Source: Centroscyllium fabricii (taxonomy: Eukaryota). From it: a stretch of DNA of 64,000 bases. The translations under genes and the position numbers were made by a program. The notes under the pieces are model-generated. The model had not been told where the DNA came from, ran no database searches, and saw nothing but the letters and a program-made list of their open reading frames with translations. The DNA lies in the NCBI GenBank assembly GCA_051313645.2, contig JBNRSN020000003.1:359910001-359974000 (forward strand), in the 5' to 3' direction. This document shows, in pieces, positions 59,819 to 64,000 of the stretch. Within the stretch, counting starts at the first letter, position 1; every line of letters begins with the position of its first letter.

Positions 59819-62800
59819 TGTGTTGACACGCCCACCAAAGGTATCGAATCCGCCTCGGGAGCACCGCGGAGCACGGCCCCGCCCATTGGGTGATGCGGTG
59901 ACGTCACCTCGACTTCCGGCGTGATGAGATCACCAACCGCGGGCCCTTTAAATAAGCCTGCTCCAGGTGGTTCAGTCTCTTTGCTACCTGGTCCCTGTAA
60001 TGTAATAAACGAGTGTTTTCCTGTCTCACTGGCTCCAGCGTGGTTCTTCAGGCCTGCATGCACTACAGTGGTGACCCCGTACTTGGAACGTCTTCCAAGG
60101 GAACAAAAATGAAGCAGTTGCTGCAGGACTGAGGGCCAAGCTGCCTCAGAACACTCCCAACCAACATGCCATCAGGGAGCCAAGCAGCGCGACCTCAAAG
60201 ACTGGGCCAGAACTCTGGCCATAAACCAACTCTGCCAGAGTTCTGGGAGCTACGCCCAGCGGCCTGGTTCCTCTGCATCGAGACCAGCTGCCGCATCCAT
60301 GGCGTCCAGGGGGACGATCGATACGACCTGCTCTTTGCGGCCCTACCATAGACCATGGTCGACCGGATGTGCCCGACGCTACAGCGTGCACCAGCAGCAG
60401 GCAGGTACGAATTCCTTAAGACCGCGCTGCTTAAGAAATTCACCCCCTCCCAATTTGAGCGCGACTGCCAACTCATCAACCTCCCCGAACTCGGGGACGC
60501 AGACCCATCGGACCTTTGGGGCCAAATGGAAGCGCTGAACGCAGACCCAGCCTCCATCAAGCGCTCCTTGTTCCTCCTCAAACTGCCCCCTCCGTCAGAC
60601 CGGCTCTGACAGCCCTCTGCCACTACAGCGGAGAACGGCTGGCTGAGGAGGCCGACAAGCTCATGACGGCCGAGCGCACCCGCTCCGCCACGTGCGAGCC
60701 CGTTGCCACGGCATCGGAGCCCCGCCACGCGCACCCCAAGTCCGACCCCAAGTCTGAACCCAGACCAACGCGACCCCGCAAAAGGCCGCGCACAACAGGC
60801 ACCCGGTTTGAAGCCAAAGCGCAGCGCTGCATCCAGCCCTGCACCTTCAAACCCCAGCCCAGCTCAAGCCCCACCATGTCCGTAGGCCGCTCTGGAGCAC
60901 TGCTCTACGTCACGGACAGCGACACAGGCCTCCGGTTCCTCTGCGACACAGGCGCGCAGCACAGCATCGTGCCAGCCTCCCCCACAGAAACCAAACAAGG
61001 CACCCGGGGCCCGCCACTCGAAGCCGCAAACGGCTCCGAAATAAAAACGTACGGCACCCGCAAGCTCACCATCAAGCTAGCAGGCCACACGTACCTTTGG
61101 GACTTTATCACCGCCCATGTCAAACTACCCCTCCTCGGGGCAGATTTCCTCTGCGCCCACGGCCTCCTGGTCGACGTGACCCGGCGCCGACTGGTCGACA
61201 TCCATAACATGTCGACCATCCCATGCTCCACTGGGCCGGCACACCAGGCCCACGCAGCGGCACACTGCCGAGCCCGGAACTCCGACACGTATGGCACGCT
61301 CCTCGCGGAGTTCCCAGCCCTCAGCAACCCCACCTTCACAGCCCGTACGGCCAAACATGGGGTGGAGCATTTCATCACCACCACCGGCCCTCCCGTCCAT
61401 GCCCACGCCCGCAGGCTGGACCCGGCCAAACTGGAGATCGCGCGTACCGAGTTCCGCACCATGGAACAACTCGGCATAATCCGCCGCTCCAGCAGCCCCT
61501 GGGCCTCCCCCCTCCACATCGCCCCCAAGCCGGGCGGTGGCTGGCGCCTCTGCGGAGACTACCACCGCCTCAACAACGCCACCACCCCAGACAGGTATCC
61601 CGTCCCCCACATCCAAGATTTCTCAGCAAGGTTAGCGGGCTGCACGGTCTTTTCCAAGATCGACCTGGTACGGGGCTACCACCAGGTACCAGTGCACCCG
61701 GCGGATGTCCCTAAGACAGCCGTCATTACCCCATTTGGACTATTCGAATTTCTCCGAATGCCCTTCGGACTCAAAAACGCGGCCCAGACTTCCAACGCCT
61801 CATGGACTCAGTCCTACGGGACTTGCAGTTCACGTTCGTCTACCTAGACGACATCCTCGTGGCCAGCACCTCCCCCCAGGAACACCTCCTCCATCTCAGG
61901 ACCCTGTTCAAACGCCTGGTCGAACACGGCCTCATATTAAGCCCCTCCAAATGTCGGTTCGGCCTCGAGACAATCGACTTCCTCGGCCACCACATTTCCC
62001 AGACCGGGGCCATACCCCTGCCCTCCAAGGTGCAGGCAGTCCAGGAATTCCCCCGCCCGCACTCCATCAAGGGGCTGCAGGAATTCCTCGGGATGGTTAA
62101 TTTTTATAACCGCTTCATCCCAGGAGCAGCCGCTCTCATGGCACCCCTTTATCAGGCCACTTAGACAGGCAGTCTAACAAAACTGTGGTCGAGTGGACTG
62201 CCGAAGCCACAACCAAAACCGCCCTGGCCAATGCCACGCTCCTAGCCCACCCTAGGCCCAACGCCAGAGTGGCCAGAGTGGCCCTCACCACCGACGCCTC
62301 CGACCACGCGGTCGGAGCGGTCTACGAGCAGTGGACCGGCAACTCCTGGCAACCCCTGGCCTTTTTCAGCCGACAACTTCGGCCCCCAGAGGTTAAGTAT
62401 AGCGCCTTCGATAGGGAGCTACTCGCTCTCTATCTCGCAGTGCGCCACTTCCGCTTCCTCTTGGAGGGCCGCCATTTTACAGCCTTCGTTGATCACAAGC
62501 CGCTTGTGTCAGCAATGGCTAAGATCGCCGAACCCTGGTCGGCCAGGCAGCAGCGCCAGCTCGCGGCCGTGTCTTAATTTACCACCGACATGCAGCACAT
62601 CGCCGGCCGCGACAACGTGGTTGCTGACTGCCTGTCACGCCCCACCATCAGCGCCGTACAAACGGCGGTCGACTACGCCAAACTGGCGGCCGACCAACTA
62701 ACCGACCCTGACCTGCTCGACCCAGCTACCAACCTCCCCGGCCTGCACTTGGCCAGCGTAGCACACGGGCCCACAGCCACAGCGGTCCGCTGCGACGTCT

Positions 62801-64000
62801 CCCTCCTGCAGCCCAGACCCGTCGTCCCCCACGCATGGAGGCGACACATCATCCAGACCCTTCATGGCCTGTCCCACCCTGGCACCCGCGCATCCACTAA
62901 GCTGATTTCGGCACGTTTCGTCTGGCGTGGCCTGCGCAAGGATGTCCGCGCCTGGACCAACGCCTGCACTGCCTGCCAGCGCGCCAAGGTGCACAAACAC
63001 ATCAAGACACCGCTGGAAACGTTCACCATACCAGCTAGACGCTTCGACCACGTCCACATCGACCTGGTCGGACCACTACCGCCATCACGGGGACACACGC
63101 ACGTCATGACCATGGTCGACCGCAGCACTTGCTGGCCAGAGGCAGTCCCACTCATCGCTACCAGCACCGCAGACCTGGCCAGGGCCTTCATCGCCACCTG
63201 GGTCGCGCGTTTCGGCGTACCTGCCGACATCACGTCGGACAGGGGCCCCCAATTGACGTCGACACTATGGGCGACCATCGCCCGCGACCTCGGGGTAACC
63301 CTGCACCGAACCACCGCTTACCACCCACAGGCCAATGGACTCTGCGAACGGTTCCACCGCTCCATCAAAGCTTCCCTGTGGGCCAGTCTGAAGGACGCAA
63401 CCTGGACCGACCGCCTGCCCTGGGTAATGCTCGGCCTGCGCTCAGCGGCCAAAGAAGACCTGCACGCCTCGGCGGCGGAACTCGACTACGGCCAACCTTT
63501 AACCGTACCAGGCGAGTTCCTCGCAGAACCTAACGCTCCCTGGTCAGCTGACCAGTGCCTCAAAGACTTCAACAACCAGGCACGAGCGTTCAAACCACTA
63601 CCGGTGGCCTGGCACAGAGAGCCAGCAGCACGTGTACCGGACGGCATCAAGAACGGCAAATATGTGTTTGTCCGCCACGACGCACATCGAACGCCACTAC
63701 AGCCACCGTACGACGGACTGTACAGAGTGCTTCGGGCGGGAGCTAAGACTCTTGAAATCAAAATGGGCAACAGAACTGAAACTGTCTCGATAGACCGGCT
63801 CAAACCGGCACACGTAATGGCGGGCGAGACAACAGTCCCCGCGCAGCCACCAAAATGCGGACGCCCTCCCGCACCAAAACCCACCCACACTCCCACGCAG
63901 AACAAGGAGCAGCGCATGACACGTGCCGGCCGCATCATCCGGCCACCTCAACGCCTCGCATGAGACTCATTTTTTATTTTCACTTTATTCTCCCTTTTTT
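59819..64000 (+). mobile_element. CsRn1-like Ty3/Gypsy element E (3' LTR beyond the window)
   Basis: 5' LTR about 59819-60067 with AATAAA; PBS TGGTGACCCCG (tRNA-Trp-like) at 60069; gag LPEFW...AWF; then pol. Confidence 0.92.
60109..63963 (+). pseudogene. Gypsy E gag-pol with frameshifts and stops
   Basis: LCDTGA protease, YLDD RT, TTDAS RNase H, and HHCC/DDE integrase with a GPY/F-like PPYDGLY motif, spread over several ORFs. Confidence 0.92.

Overview
This is eukaryotic, transposon-dense DNA. The repeat set (HE1/V-SINE-like and SacSINE1/Deu-like SINEs, CR1 LINEs, Penelope, Harbinger, Gypsy) points to a cartilaginous fish. No host protein-coding gene could be identified with confidence. Bases 1-17.9 kb are a nested stack: a decayed Harbinger (Myb/SANT gene plus transposase) interrupted by two full-length Gypsy elements, a solo LTR, a MITE, SINEs and a CR1. 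Further on are two minisatellites, a 1.5-kb solo LTR, a Mag-like Gypsy with deleted RT, a second complete but decayed Harbinger with a related MITE beside it, a truncated Gypsy, a Penelope remnant with a hammerhead-like motif, and a CsRn1-like Gypsy that runs off the right end. The most notable observation concerns three divergent Gypsy families that have no tRNA primer-binding site. Each carries a 12-13 nt segment just inside the 5' LTR that is exactly complementary to the poly(A)-signal region of its own LTR, with compensatory changes between families, suggesting self-priming and/or poly(A) occlusion. Other highlights are a SINE+Penelope chimeric insertion under one TSD, a 5S-rRNA-derived SINE with a Rex1/Babar-like tail, and YY1-like motif arrays in the gag-protease linkers. 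All coordinates were read by eye; family names come from motif recognition, not database searches.
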